DNA from: Bacteriovorax sp.
Lineage (GTDB): Bacteria > Bdellovibrionota > Bacteriovoracia > Bacteriovoracales > Bacteriovoracaceae
Assembly (NCBI GenBank): GCA_028710485.1
Contig: JAQTTZ010000012.1
Location: 1,083 to 65,082, forward strand
Length of the DNA stretch: 64,000 bases
Direction of reading: 5' to 3'
The position numbers and the translations under genes were made by a program. The notes under the pieces were generated by a model. It saw only the letters and a program-made list of their open reading frames with translations, made no database searches and was not told the DNA's origin. Positions 47,814-57,655 of this stretch are shown one piece after another. The stretch's first letter is position 1. Each line of letters opens with the position of its first letter.

Positions 47814-49364
47814 ATGTTGGATAATAATATAATTGAGCAACTGAAAGCTGTTTTTACAAAACTTACGAACACTGTAGAGTTGGTTTATGATTTAAGCGAT
47901 CATGAAGACCAAAATCAGCTAGTCGAAATGCTTGGTGAAATTGGTTCGACATCTCAATATATTGAAGTGAAATCTTCTAAAAATCCTTCTGATATTCCTC
48001 AGTTTTATCTTGAATATAAAGGGATGAAGAACGGAATATCTTTTAAAGGTATACCGAGCGGACATGAATTTACCTCACTTATTCTTGCGATTTTGAATTC
48101 AGATGGGCAAGGAAAATTACCCGATGAAAAAATTATTAAAAGAATAAAAAAATTAAAAGGTCCGATTGAGCTTAGAACCTTTATTTCACTGAGTTGTGAG
48201 AATTGTCCTGATGTTGTGCAGACCTTAAATCAGATGGCGATTATTCATGGTAATTTTACACATCAGATGGTCGATGGAGCTTACGCCCAAGAAGAAATCA
48301 AAGTTCTCGGTATACAAGGTGTTCCGAGTGTAGTTCACAATTCAAAACTGGTGTATTCCGGCAAGCTAAATCTGATTGATCTTCTCGCAAGTCTTGAAAA
48401 AACGTTTGGTATTGAAGAGTCGAATGATTTGATTGATCCAAATCTTGGGCAATTTGATGTCGTCGTTATTGGTGGTGGGCCTGCAGGATCATCAGCTGCG
48501 ATTTATAGTGCAAGAAAAGGTTTGAAGACTGCTATCCTTGCTGAGAAAATCGGAGGACAAGTTCAGGACACCAAAGGAATAGAGAATCTGATTGGAGTGA
48601 AATATACTGAAGGACCCAAGCTTGTCGCTCAATTAAATGAACACATCGCGGAGTATCCTATTACGGTATTTGAACATCGACGAGTGAGCAAAATTATAGA
48701 AGATAGTATCAAGCGGATTGAGCTTGAAGGCGGAGAGTATTTAACTGGAAAGGTCATTATCGTGACGACGGGAGCGAAGTGGAGAGAGCTAGGTATTCCA
48801 GGGGAAAAAGAATATATCGGTCGTGGTGTAGCGTTTTGTCCTCATTGTGATGGGCCCTATTACAAAGGGAAAAAGATTGCAGTTGTTGGCGGAGGAAACT
48901 CTGGTGTTGAAGCGGCGATTGATCTTGCTGGAATCGTAAAAGAGGTTGTGCTCTTTGAATTCATGGATCAGTTGAAGGCGGATAAAGTTTTAGTTGATAA
49001 ATTAAAATCCCTTCCCAATGTTTCAATTCAGACTTCTGCGCGTACTTCACAAATTATTGGGGATGGACAAAAAGTTGTTTCACTTGAATATGAAAATAGA
49101 AATACTAAAGAAATAATGAAGATTGATCTCGATGGAATCTTTGTTCAAATTGGATTGTTGCCTAATAGCGGGTTTATCAAAGATCTTGTGGAGACGACTA
49201 GGTTTGGTGAGATTGTGATCGATAATAAAAATCGTACATCAGTTAAAGGCATTTATGCTGCCGGTGATGTGACCACTGTGCCTTATAAGCAGATCGTGAT
49301 TGCGATGGGTGAGGGAGCAAAGGCTGCGCTTGCGGCATTTGAAGATCAGATGCTCTCCACTTAA
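47814..49364 (+). CDS. ahpF: Alkyl hydroperoxide reductase F
   Basis: GHEFTSLIL, SCENCPD, GGGPAG, CPHCDG, GGGNSGVEAA. Confidence 0.95.
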   Translation: MLDNNIIEQLKAVFTKLTNTVELVYDLSDHEDQNQLVEMLGEIGSTSQYIEVKSSKNPSDIPQFYLEYKGMKNGISFKGIPSGHEFTSLILAILNSDGQGKLPDEKIIKRIKKLKGPIELRTFISLSCENCPDVVQTLNQMAIIHGNFTHQMVDGAYAQEEIKVLGIQGVPSVVHNSKLVYSGKLNLIDLLASLEKTFGIEESNDLIDPNLGQFDVVVIGGGPAGSSAAIYSARKGLKTAILAEKIGGQVQDTKGIENLIGVKYTEGPKLVAQLNEHIAEYPITVFEHRRVSKIIEDSIKRIELEGGEYLTGKVIIVTTGAKWRELGIPGEKEYIGRGVAFCPHCDGPYYKGKKIAVVGGGNSGVEAAIDLAGIVKEVVLFEFMDQLKADKVLVDKLKSLPNVSIQTSARTSQIIGDGQKVVSLEYENRNTKEIMKIDLDGIFVQIGLLPNSGFIKDLVETTRFGEIVIDNKNRTSVKGIYAAGDVTTVPYKQIVIAMGEGAKAALAAFEDQMLST

Positions 49365-50165
49365 TTACTGCTCACCCTTCTTAATTGACTCACGAAGAAA
49401 ATATTTTAAAACCTTATTGCGGTTAGCTCCACCAACAAGCGAGCGCAGATCTTCATGCAGACCTTGATCGTAGATAAGAGCATGGAGAGTTCCCGGACCC
49501 TCTTCAATTTGCTTGGTGATTTTGCCCATTGATTCCGATGACTGCTTAAAGTTTGCCACTGATTGAGTAATGTTCTTGTCGTTCAAACTACTCATTACCT
49601 TATTAGTGTTAGCTGTTAAGCTTTCAAGGTTCAAAAGAATTTTTTCTAAACGATTATTTTCTACAGAAGAGAGAATTTTATCAAACTTGGTAAGAATACT
49701 TCCGGCCGCAACCATTAAGTCTTCGCTCTTTGTAATAATATGTTCAAATTGATTGCCCTCGTTGGTGACTAGGTAATCACCTTCCATTACAGAAGGAGAA
49801 GCATCTGTCCCACCATTAATTTCTAAAAATTTATCACCCAAAACACCTTGAGTTTTAAAAGTCATGGTGGCGTCTTTTTTTACCCATTCTTTGTAACTTG
49901 AACTAACTCCGAGAGTAACTATCAAGGTGCGGACATCTTTAAATTGAATGGAGTGAACACTTCCAATCTTAATTCCTCTAAGTTGAAGAGCTGCACCTTC
50001 TTTAAGGTTTTGAGCGTTTGCCACTTCTGTTTTTATATAAATTCGGCTCGAAAAAAGAGGGTTTTCTTTATTGAGCATGAACACGGTGATTCCAATCACG
50101 CAAAGGAGAATTGAAATAAAAATTCCGGATATTAAATAATTTTTTCTATCATTTGGTTTTATCAT
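49365..50165 (-). CDS. mlaD: MCE/MlaD family protein
   Basis: N-terminal TM; GIKIGSV, TQGVLGDKFLEI; helical tail. Confidence 0.85.
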   Translation of the reverse strand: MIKPNDRKNYLISGIFISILLCVIGITVFMLNKENPLFSSRIYIKTEVANAQNLKEGAALQLRGIKIGSVHSIQFKDVRTLIVTLGVSSSYKEWVKKDATMTFKTQGVLGDKFLEINGGTDASPSVMEGDYLVTNEGNQFEHIITKSEDLMVAAGSILTKFDKILSSVENNRLEKILLNLESLTANTNKVMSSLNDKNITQSVANFKQSSESMGKITKQIEEGPGTLHALIYDQGLHEDLRSLVGGANRNKVLKYFLRESIKKGEQ

Positions 50166-50905
50166 GTCAATTCCTTGGTGCTTGTAATGAATTTTTTGAC
50201 GATCGGGTCTGCCGAATTCTGAAACTTTTCAGGTGTGTCGTTGAAGGCGATTTTTCCTTCATGTAAAACAACGATGCGATCACACAGCATAATTGCCGAC
50301 GGAATATCGTGCGTGACAAAGATAGAAGCTAAGCCTTTCTGTTTTAATTTTTGCATAAGAGAAACGACGTTTAATGTATTGCCAGGGTCGAGTCCTGCGG
50401 TGGGTTCGTCGTATAAAATAATTTCAGGATTTAGGATCATCGCGCGTGCCATACCGACACGCTTTTGCATACCGCCTGACAAATCAGAAGGCATGAGTTC
50501 TTCTTTACCTTCGAGATCAATTAATTTTAACATCTCAGCTACTCTATCTTTAATTTGATTATAGCTAAACTTCGTATGTTCAAATAGAGGATAGGCTATA
50601 TTTTCAAAAACATTGATGGAGTCAAACAAGGCTCCATTTTGAAAAGAATAAGAAATTTTAATTCGGTAAGGTATAAGTTCATTTTCTGAAAGATGATCAA
50701 TTCGATGCCCATCAAATAAGATTTCGCCCTTGTCGATTTGTTCAAGACCAATAATGGATCTAAGTAGAACGGATTTTCCTGTCCCTGATCCCCCCAGGAG
50801 GCCCAAGCTTTCTCCGCGATGGAGTGTGAGGTTTATCCCGCTGTGGATTTGGTTTTCCCCAAAGGCCTTATGAATGTTTATTAATTCGAGAATTATTTCT
50901 TTCAT
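50162..50905 (-). CDS. mlaF: MlaF-family ABC ATPase
   Basis: GGSGTGKS, FQNGALFDS, LSGGMQKR, YDEPTAGLDP. Confidence 0.9.
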   Translation of the reverse strand: MKEIILELINIHKAFGENQIHSGINLTLHRGESLGLLGGSGTGKSVLLRSIIGLEQIDKGEILFDGHRIDHLSENELIPYRIKISYSFQNGALFDSINVFENIAYPLFEHTKFSYNQIKDRVAEMLKLIDLEGKEELMPSDLSGGMQKRVGMARAMILNPEIILYDEPTAGLDPGNTLNVVSLMQKLKQKGLASIFVTHDIPSAIMLCDRIVVLHEGKIAFNDTPEKFQNSADPIVKKFITSTKELT

Positions 50906-50908
50906 AAA

Positions 50909-51700
50909 TTACCAAATAACCAAAAATATTTTACTAATAAAAAAATCAGTAATTAAAATAAGAATTGAAGCAGTAACAACAACCCAAGTTGTCGTTAAAC
51001 CAACACCTTTTGTTCCATCTTTTGTTTTAAGACCTTTGTAGCAAGCAATAATAGTAATGATTCCAGCAAATACCACTGACTTAATAAGTCCTGACATATA
51101 ATCGTGGAATTTTACAGTAGAAAAAACTTTATAAAGATAAAAGCCAGGAACGATATCGAATTCAGTTTTACAAACTAGCATCCCTCCGAGAATTCCAACG
51201 GCAAAGGAAAGAGCAGAGAGAAGAGGAAGAGATATAACCAATGACCAAAAACGTGGAACAACTAAAACTCGGACAGGTGAAGTTCCGAGCGCTCGAATTG
51301 CATCAACTTGTTGAGTAACACTCATTGCTCCAAGCTCGGCAGCAATTCCTGAGCCAACACGACCAGCAACTAACAAAGAAGTAAAAAGAGGTGCCATTTC
51401 GCGAGCAAGGGAAAGAGAAACAACGGCCGGAACATAAAGTGTTCCACCAAACTTGGCAAGACCATATCCGAAATTAAGAGTCATAACTAAACCCATCGTC
51501 AAACCGATGACGACAGTAATAGAAGTTGAACCGTATCCTATATGGTTAATTTGTTCCATTAGACGAGAAAAGTAAAATGGTCCAGTGACGGTGCATTTTA
51601 ATGTTTCAAATAAAAGCCCAAAGATTTCCCCCACGAAAATAAAAAATTCTCGTGCTGACAAATATAAATTTTCGAGTTTGTTTTCTATTAATTTAATCAA
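50909..51700 (-). CDS. mlaE: MlaE-family ABC permease
   Basis: REMAP, AGRVGSGIAAELGAM, QVDA, LVVPR. Confidence 0.92.
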   Translation of the reverse strand: MIKLIENKLENLYLSAREFFIFVGEIFGLLFETLKCTVTGPFYFSRLMEQINHIGYGSTSITVVIGLTMGLVMTLNFGYGLAKFGGTLYVPAVVSLSLAREMAPLFTSLLVAGRVGSGIAAELGAMSVTQQVDAIRALGTSPVRVLVVPRFWSLVISLPLLSALSFAVGILGGMLVCKTEFDIVPGFYLYKVFSTVKFHDYMSGLIKSVVFAGIITIIACYKGLKTKDGTKGVGLTTTWVVVTASILILITDFFISKIFLVIW

Positions 51701-52188
51701 TTAAGAATAATCCTCTGTATAAAAACTTTTAGAGCAGGAGTGTCAGTATTCAGATTTTTTTGATTAGTCGAAATTAAAACATAATCATAAATACAATTGT
51801 TTTTTTGAATTGTAACGATTCTAAAAAATCGCAGGATACCATCGAGTTTTCCATTAGCAGCAACTTCAACACCTTCTCGCTCTTGATAGAAAACATTATT
51901 CTTTTCAGTTATTTTTACGTCTTCTATACCTGTAAGTATGGATGAAGTGAGTGCACTCAGAGTGCTTGCCTCATATTTTCGACAGGCACTATTAAAAAGA
52001 AAGAGAGACTTGGTGTTTATATTTTGAAGGGCATAGTCTGATCCTTCGGAGTTGATTGCAGACCAAGGAGCAGGGGGGTCATTCTTTAGTTTATTTACGA
52101 CATTAGAACTTTTTTTATAAAGTCCGCTATCTGTACTAGAGCAAGAACAGAAGAAAATAATGGATGATAATAATAAAATGTGTTTCAT
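51697..52188 (-). CDS. Lipoprotein heading the mla operon (possibly DcrB/PsbP-like fold)
   Basis: FCSC lipobox; PAPW...CIYDYVL pattern; overlaps the mlaE start. Confidence 0.6.
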   Translation of the reverse strand: MKHILLLSSIIFFCSCSSTDSGLYKKSSNVVNKLKNDPPAPWSAINSEGSDYALQNINTKSLFLFNSACRKYEASTLSALTSSILTGIEDVKITEKNNVFYQEREGVEVAANGKLDGILRFFRIVTIQKNNCIYDYVLISTNQKNLNTDTPALKVFIQRIILN

Positions 52189-52290
52189 AAACTCGTCTAA
52201 AGTCGTTTGGTTTTAGGTCATTTCTCGTTAAGCATTTATCTTTATTAGAATGGTGTTCTAAATTGTTGTAAACAGAGTAAAATATCCATA

Positions 52291-52306
52291 TGTCATATTA
52301 ATGACA
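52291..52306. promoter_or_regulatory. Palindrome resembling a FleQ box upstream of the flagellar operon
   Basis: TGTCAT-atta-ATGACA, flanked by direct repeats AAACAGAGTAAA at 52270 and 52351. Confidence 0.5.
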
Positions 52307-52384
52307 AGAATTATTTGCCGCTCGGAAAAATATTCCTTTAAAAAAATTGAAAACAGAGTAAACTTAGTGCTGAGTCAGAAGTGC

Positions 52385-52452
52385 GTTCAGGATGAATGAC
52401 ACTTTATTTAACAAGGCTCCCATAAGGACAAATTTGATGCGAACAGGATGTT
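52385..52452 (+). promoter_or_regulatory. CsrA/RsmA-like GGA-loop hairpins in the 5' leader
   Basis: TTCA-GGA-TGAA (52386-52396), AAGGAC (about 52425) and AACA-GGA-TGTT (52442-52452) over the SD. Confidence 0.55.
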
Positions 52453-52454
52453 TC

Positions 52455-55277
52455 GTGAAAATGTGCTCCGTAAAAAAAATCTTCAAATTTTTGACGATTT
52501 TTTTAATTTCACTTTTCGTATTGGAAAATATTTCCTTTGCTCAAGCTCTTATGGATCAAGAGAAGGCTTCAACATATCTTCGTTGGAACTTCTTCACTGG
52601 CCGTGATCAGCTGCAATTCAATAAAAAAGCAAATATTGTTGTTATAAAGACTCTTAATAATGACCTTTACAAGAATCTCAAAGATGAACTTTCTTCTTTG
52701 AAAATCGATCAGTCTTATATCAAAGGCATTAGCTATAAAGAATCCGAAAGTGAAGCCAATACGGCCAACGCTATGGCGATCGAAATTGAACTAAAAAATG
52801 ATAACGTTGAAATGTTTAGTTTTTATCGCGAAAGAGACAAAAAATACGTAGTAGATTTTTGGATGGATGGCGACACTGTTACTCTTAATAAAGCAGCTAT
52901 TAAGAAACCAGTTGAAGAAGATCAACAGGTTGAAGAAGTTACTGCGAAGGCCTTACCAGTCGCTCCAGCGATCACTAAAGCATTAAGGCCTAAAACTAAA
53001 AAGAGTCTTAGTTCTAAGTCTGCTCCAAAAGCAGACTTAGCCTCAATCGTTAAAGAAGACAAAATTCTTTCTAGCTTTGTAGTTGATCCTAATAAAGTTG
53101 TTGCGAAGTCAGAGAAAGAACTACTGATCGAAGAAGTAGAATCAAAAAAACCTTATAGAGACTTCCGCTACGGAGCTACTTTTATTTGGGATTATGATCC
53201 TATCGCTCCTGCTTATAAAGAAGTTGTTAATTTAAAAACTAAAATTCCAGAAATTTTTTATCCAATTGCTAATCGTTCATTCAAAAAAAGTGAGCAAGAG
53301 GCTCATCTTCAACTAACCATTAATCTTTATAGAAAAAGAAAATGGGGATTGATGTATAAATCAATCAAGTTATTCCAACAAAAATATGGAATGAACGCTG
53401 AGTGGGAGCTGGTTGAGTTTATTAAAGCGAATGCTATATTAAGAGAAAATATTGAAACTCCAAATCCAGAACTCTTTAAAAATGCTTTTTCAATTCTTAG
53501 CACTTTGTCTGAAAAAAGTGAGAACTACGAACTTAAAAAAGCGATCTATAAATACCTTCTGACTTTTTATATGGCAAAAGGAGAGCATTTAAAAACTCTT
53601 CAACTGTCAAAGAACTATTACGCTGGCACTCGCGATAATTTTGATTTTGAAGAATCAGCTATTCCTGCTGAGGCGATGTTGAATTCTTTGGCAAAACTTG
53701 GACAAATTGAAAAAATTCAAGAGTTGTCACAAGAAAAATCTATGAAAAAGATTTTGCCGGCCCAATTAATTCTGGCCTATCAAAGCTACAGCTTTCTTCG
53801 TTCAGGAGACTTGAAAGCTCTTATTAGTCTTTACGAGAAAAATAAAGTTTCTTTAGCTAAACCTATTGACCCAGTTATTATGTACAATACAGCCGAAGCT
53901 TACTTTAGAGTAGGTCGTTACAATGAAGCAATGGCGCTTTATGAAGAATTTGTAAAAAATTACTCCCATGAATTTGTAGCTTCAAACGCCAATCTTAGAA
54001 TTGCTCTTTGTTCAGACCTCTTAGATCACAACTATCAAGACACATTAGAGCTTTATAAAAAAGCGATTGATCAGTCGGTTGACAGTAATGTAAGTTATGA
54101 ATCCCGCATCCGTTATGTGGCGTTTAGAGGTGTCAGAAAGATAGCTCTTGATGACCGCGATCGCGAAATTAGAATTTTCCTGGAACAAGACAAGAATTTA
54201 AAAACAATACCGGATAAAAACCTCACAAAACTTTTGCAACAAGTGAGACTTCGATCATTGATTGTGGATGAAAAGTATAAAGAAGCTCTCACTTATTTAT
54301 CTCTTCTCCCTATGGTGACGATGCCTAAGATTGATGCCCGCGTTTTTGACGGAGACGGCGCAGAAGTTATTTACGGAATTATTTCTGAGTTTTACAAAAA
54401 GTCAGAGTACTCACAAGTTATTAAGGCATGGCAAACTTACAAAGATAAATATGTTGATAAAGTTGCTCAAGATCCGTTTATTAACTTCGTCGTAGGTAGT
54501 AGCTATATCAAGCTTGGCCTCTATAAAGGCTTTGACGAGGTCTATGCGAGTTTTGAAAAGCTAAAAGATACTCCCAATAGAACATTTCCTATTTGGATCG
54601 CTCGTGGCAGTTTTCAAAAGGCAAGTGATCTTCTGAGTGAATTGGTTTTAATTAAAGATATCAAATTACAAAATTGGGATTTAGTTCAAAAGAATATCGC
54701 TACTTTTGACAAGAAAATGGCCAGTTATAATAAAACTAATTATTATAGAGGATTAGTTGCCTTCAACCAAAAAAATTACAAAGAAGCTATCTCACAATTT
54801 GAGAATTTTTTCTCTAAGCAAGATCAAAGAATAATATATGATCCTTCAGACGTTGCGGATATGATCCGGGCCTATACTGACTCCATCTACGAATTGGGCC
54901 AGACGGATAAATTCCTGAAAGTTAGTGACGCAATCTTAAATGACACCAATAGCTTCGGCACGGATAATGCTTATATACAAAATGTCAGGGAAAGAATTGC
55001 CTACCTTGGTATCGAAATAACCGCCGGACTTGGGAAGAAACAAAATTACATGCTATTTGAGAAAAAAATTACGGACTTTAAAAAAGCTAACCCCAAGTCG
55101 ATTTACACAGGACGAGTGAATTATCTTTTAGGACAAGCAATGGTTATTAATCAGAAAGTGAAAGAAGGGAGAGAGGTTTTCACAAGTTTGATGAACGATA
55201 AGGATACTTCGGACTACATCAAAGAACTTGCGAAGAGTGAACTGAGTCTATTGAATTTGAAGGAAAAAACATTATAA
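52455..55277 (+). CDS. Large secreted TPR protein heading the flagellar cluster
   Basis: Signal peptide ending SFA; TPR-like repeats (YNTAEAYF, YYRGLVAF, YLLGQAM). Probable start GTG 52455 or ATG 52461. Confidence 0.75.
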   Translation: MKMCSVKKIFKFLTIFLISLFVLENISFAQALMDQEKASTYLRWNFFTGRDQLQFNKKANIVVIKTLNNDLYKNLKDELSSLKIDQSYIKGISYKESESEANTANAMAIEIELKNDNVEMFSFYRERDKKYVVDFWMDGDTVTLNKAAIKKPVEEDQQVEEVTAKALPVAPAITKALRPKTKKSLSSKSAPKADLASIVKEDKILSSFVVDPNKVVAKSEKELLIEEVESKKPYRDFRYGATFIWDYDPIAPAYKEVVNLKTKIPEIFYPIANRSFKKSEQEAHLQLTINLYRKRKWGLMYKSIKLFQQKYGMNAEWELVEFIKANAILRENIETPNPELFKNAFSILSTLSEKSENYELKKAIYKYLLTFYMAKGEHLKTLQLSKNYYAGTRDNFDFEESAIPAEAMLNSLAKLGQIEKIQELSQEKSMKKILPAQLILAYQSYSFLRSGDLKALISLYEKNKVSLAKPIDPVIMYNTAEAYFRVGRYNEAMALYEEFVKNYSHEFVASNANLRIALCSDLLDHNYQDTLELYKKAIDQSVDSNVSYESRIRYVAFRGVRKIALDDRDREIRIFLEQDKNLKTIPDKNLTKLLQQVRLRSLIVDEKYKEALTYLSLLPMVTMPKIDARVFDGDGAEVIYGIISEFYKKSEYSQVIKAWQTYKDKYVDKVAQDPFINFVVGSSYIKLGLYKGFDEVYASFEKLKDTPNRTFPIWIARGSFQKASDLLSELVLIKDIKLQNWDLVQKNIATFDKKMASYNKTNYYRGLVAFNQKNYKEAISQFENFFSKQDQRIIYDPSDVADMIRAYTDSIYELGQTDKFLKVSDAILNDTNSFGTDNAYIQNVRERIAYLGIEITAGLGKKQNYMLFEKKITDFKKANPKSIYTGRVNYLLGQAMVINQKVKEGREVFTSLMNDKDTSDYIKELAKSELSLLNLKEKTL

Positions 55278-55319
55278 ATTAGTCTCAGGATGGAGGCGAT
55301 TCGTATGACAGGAGGTCAG

Positions 55320-56255
55320 ATGGAAGCGATTAGAGTAGAACTTTTTGGAACTGATGCAAGAGTAGAGAAAGCACTTTTGCAAGCTAGAAACTTATCTGTG
55401 AGTAAAGCTGCGGTACTTGTTGTTGGTGAAAACGGGGTAGGTAAAAGAACTCTTGGTCGTTACATTCATGAAAGTTCAGGACGAGCTAGCCAGCCTTTTG
55501 AACTCGTAGATTGTTCTCTTCCAGCTCAGGATGTTGAGAACAGAATCCTAGGTCATAGAGACAATACAACAGGAAGATTCAATAAAGGAATCCTTGAAGC
55601 TGCCAACAAAGGGACTGTGGTATTTGCCAATATTGATTGCCTTGATGAAGAATTTCAAAAAAGACTCCACAAAATTATCAACGAACTTGAAGATTACGAT
55701 ATCGATGTTCGTTTGATCGCTACCACAACTAAAAATCTTTCTAAGCTTGTTGGTGCAGGAAGATTTTATCGTGGATTATTTTCACTCTTCGCTAATAATG
55801 CAGTAACGATTCCAGCTTTAAGAGAGAGACAAGAAGATCTACAAAGATTAGCTCGTCACTTTATGAATGAAGCGACTGAGCTTGGCGAAATATCTAATGA
55901 AATTGATTCAATTGCAATGAGTAGAATTACTTCTCATTATTGGGCAAATAATATTCATGAATTAAAACAAGTGATTTCAAGTTCAGTGAATAACAATTCT
56001 TCATTGTTAGACGAAAGTGCCTACGAAGTTAGTGACAAGAAATCGGTAAAATTCATGAGTGATGATGACTCTGAAGGTGTGAGACTAATGTCGTTGAAAG
56101 ATGCGGAGAAGCTTCTTATCAAAAAAGCACTTATCCACACTACTGAAAATAGAACTCAAGCTGCGAAAATTCTTGGTGTGTCTATTAGAACTTTGAGAAA
56201 TAAAATCAATGAATACAGAAATGATGGATCATCATATTTTGTTAATTTGAGATAA
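55320..56255 (+). CDS. Degenerate sigma54-activator-like AAA+/Fis-HTH regulator
   Basis: GENGVGK Walker A and Fis HTH NRTQAAKILGVSIRTLRNK present; GAFTGA loop and Walker B DE absent; no receiver domain. Confidence 0.8.
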   Translation: MEAIRVELFGTDARVEKALLQARNLSVSKAAVLVVGENGVGKRTLGRYIHESSGRASQPFELVDCSLPAQDVENRILGHRDNTTGRFNKGILEAANKGTVVFANIDCLDEEFQKRLHKIINELEDYDIDVRLIATTTKNLSKLVGAGRFYRGLFSLFANNAVTIPALRERQEDLQRLARHFMNEATELGEISNEIDSIAMSRITSHYWANNIHELKQVISSSVNNNSSLLDESAYEVSDKKSVKFMSDDDSEGVRLMSLKDAEKLLIKKALIHTTENRTQAAKILGVSIRTLRNKINEYRNDGSSYFVNLR

Positions 56256-56263
56256 CCGAGAGG

Positions 56264-56287
56264 CAATTGCAACCTAAGTTGCAATTG
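56264..56287. other. Perfect hairpin in the flgB leader
   Basis: CAATTGCAAC-ctaa-GTTGCAATTG; no U-tract. Confidence 0.6.
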
Positions 56288-56319
56288 ACCGAACGGCAGC
56301 AAGAAAAGGAGATCCGCAA

Positions 56320-56727
56320 ATGAACATAGACGACAAAACAACTCAGGCCCTAGCTGCTTCTTTGAAGTACAGACAAATGCGCCAGGAATTGATCGCGTCT
56401 AATATAGCAAATGCAGAAACTCCAGGCTACAAAGCAAAGAAAATAGATTTTGAAGATGCTTTGGCCCGTGCTCTTGATACTGATGGGCAGCAAACTTTAA
56501 AAACTACCGACTCTAAACATTTTAATGTTGGAGGCGGTGGTTTTAATAATTTGCAACCAGAAATTTACGAAGAATCAAATGGGATTGTGAGTCCGGATGG
56601 AAACACCGTTGATCGAGATGCAGAAATGGCAGAGATGGCAGAAAATAAAATTATGTATGATGCCTCAGTTCAGTTATTGAATAAAAAATTGGGTCTAATG
56701 AAATACGTAGTTGGATCTGAACGTTAA
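56320..56727 (+). CDS. flgB: Flagellar basal-body rod protein
   Basis: ASNIANAETPGYKA, DGNTVD. Confidence 0.95.
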   Translation: MNIDDKTTQALAASLKYRQMRQELIASNIANAETPGYKAKKIDFEDALARALDTDGQQTLKTTDSKHFNVGGGGFNNLQPEIYEESNGIVSPDGNTVDRDAEMAEMAENKIMYDASVQLLNKKLGLMKYVVGSER

Positions 56728-56761
56728 TTAGGGCGAAGGGAGCCAGAGGGAGTAAGTGTAA

Positions 56762-57202
56762 ATGGATTTACTAACAAGTTTAAAAATTAGTTCATCTGGA
56801 TTAACTGCCAATAAAAAAAGAATGGCAGCAATCTCTTCTAATATCGCTAACGCTCAGACCACAAGAACGGCAGAGGGTGGAGCTTATAAACCAAAAGAAG
56901 TTGTCTTTGGGGCGGAGCCCGCAAAAGAATCTTTCTCGGAAATCCTAAGTGGTGAAATGGAAGAGAATGCTCAAACCGTTATTGCGAAAGAAGTTACCAA
57001 TAGTAAGAAACCACCCGTTTTAAAATATGAACCAAACCATCCCGATGCAAACGCAGAAGGATATGTGGCCTATCCCAACATCAACACGATGGAAGAGATG
57101 GCCAATATGATTGAAGCTTCTCGTGCCTATGAAGCTAATATCAATGCAATGAACACCGCAAAAAGTATGGCAATGAAAGATTTAGAAATTGGTAAAAATT
57201 AA
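56762..57202 (+). CDS. flgC: Flagellar basal-body rod protein
   Basis: SNIANAQTT, YEPNHPDA, YPNIN, ASRAYEAN. Confidence 0.96.
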   Translation: MDLLTSLKISSSGLTANKKRMAAISSNIANAQTTRTAEGGAYKPKEVVFGAEPAKESFSEILSGEMEENAQTVIAKEVTNSKKPPVLKYEPNHPDANAEGYVAYPNINTMEEMANMIEASRAYEANINAMNTAKSMAMKDLEIGKN

Positions 57203-57225
57203 TAAGACCTAAAAAAGGATAAGTC

Positions 57226-57591
57226 ATGGCCATTGAAAATATTGGAAATATGAACAAGATGTTGAGTGGATATAATACTCAAGATTGGATGAAAAGTGCT
57301 TCTATCGAGCAAGGATCATTGCCACAGTTCAACGAACTTGCGGCTAATCCAAGTATCGGTGCAAAACCTCCTCAAAGCTTTAGTGAAATGTTAGCGACGT
57401 CGCTTACCGATGTGAATAATATGCAAGTCGAAGCCAATAAAGCTATTGAAAAATTAGCTTCAGGTCAAACGAAGAATATTCACGAGACGATGCTGGCAGT
57501 AGAAAATGCCGAAATTGCTTTCAAAACAATGAATCAGGTTCGCATGAAAGTAATTGAAGCTTACAAAGAAATTATGAGAATGCAGATGTAG
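57226..57591 (+). CDS. fliE: Flagellar hook-basal body protein
   Basis: IHETMLA...QVRMKVIEAYKEIMRMQM. Confidence 0.95.
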   Translation: MAIENIGNMNKMLSGYNTQDWMKSASIEQGSLPQFNELAANPSIGAKPPQSFSEMLATSLTDVNNMQVEANKAIEKLASGQTKNIHETMLAVENAEIAFKTMNQVRMKVIEAYKEIMRMQM

Positions 57592-57655
57592 TATTGGCTC
57601 ATAATTGTGCGTTGAGAATTGATTTCATAGGATGTGAAATTAAGAGATCAGGAGG

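Noticed and set aside
56256-56319. Sigma54 promoter or c-di-GMP riboswitch before flgB
   Set aside because: No GG-N10-GC spacing and no GEMM motif features.
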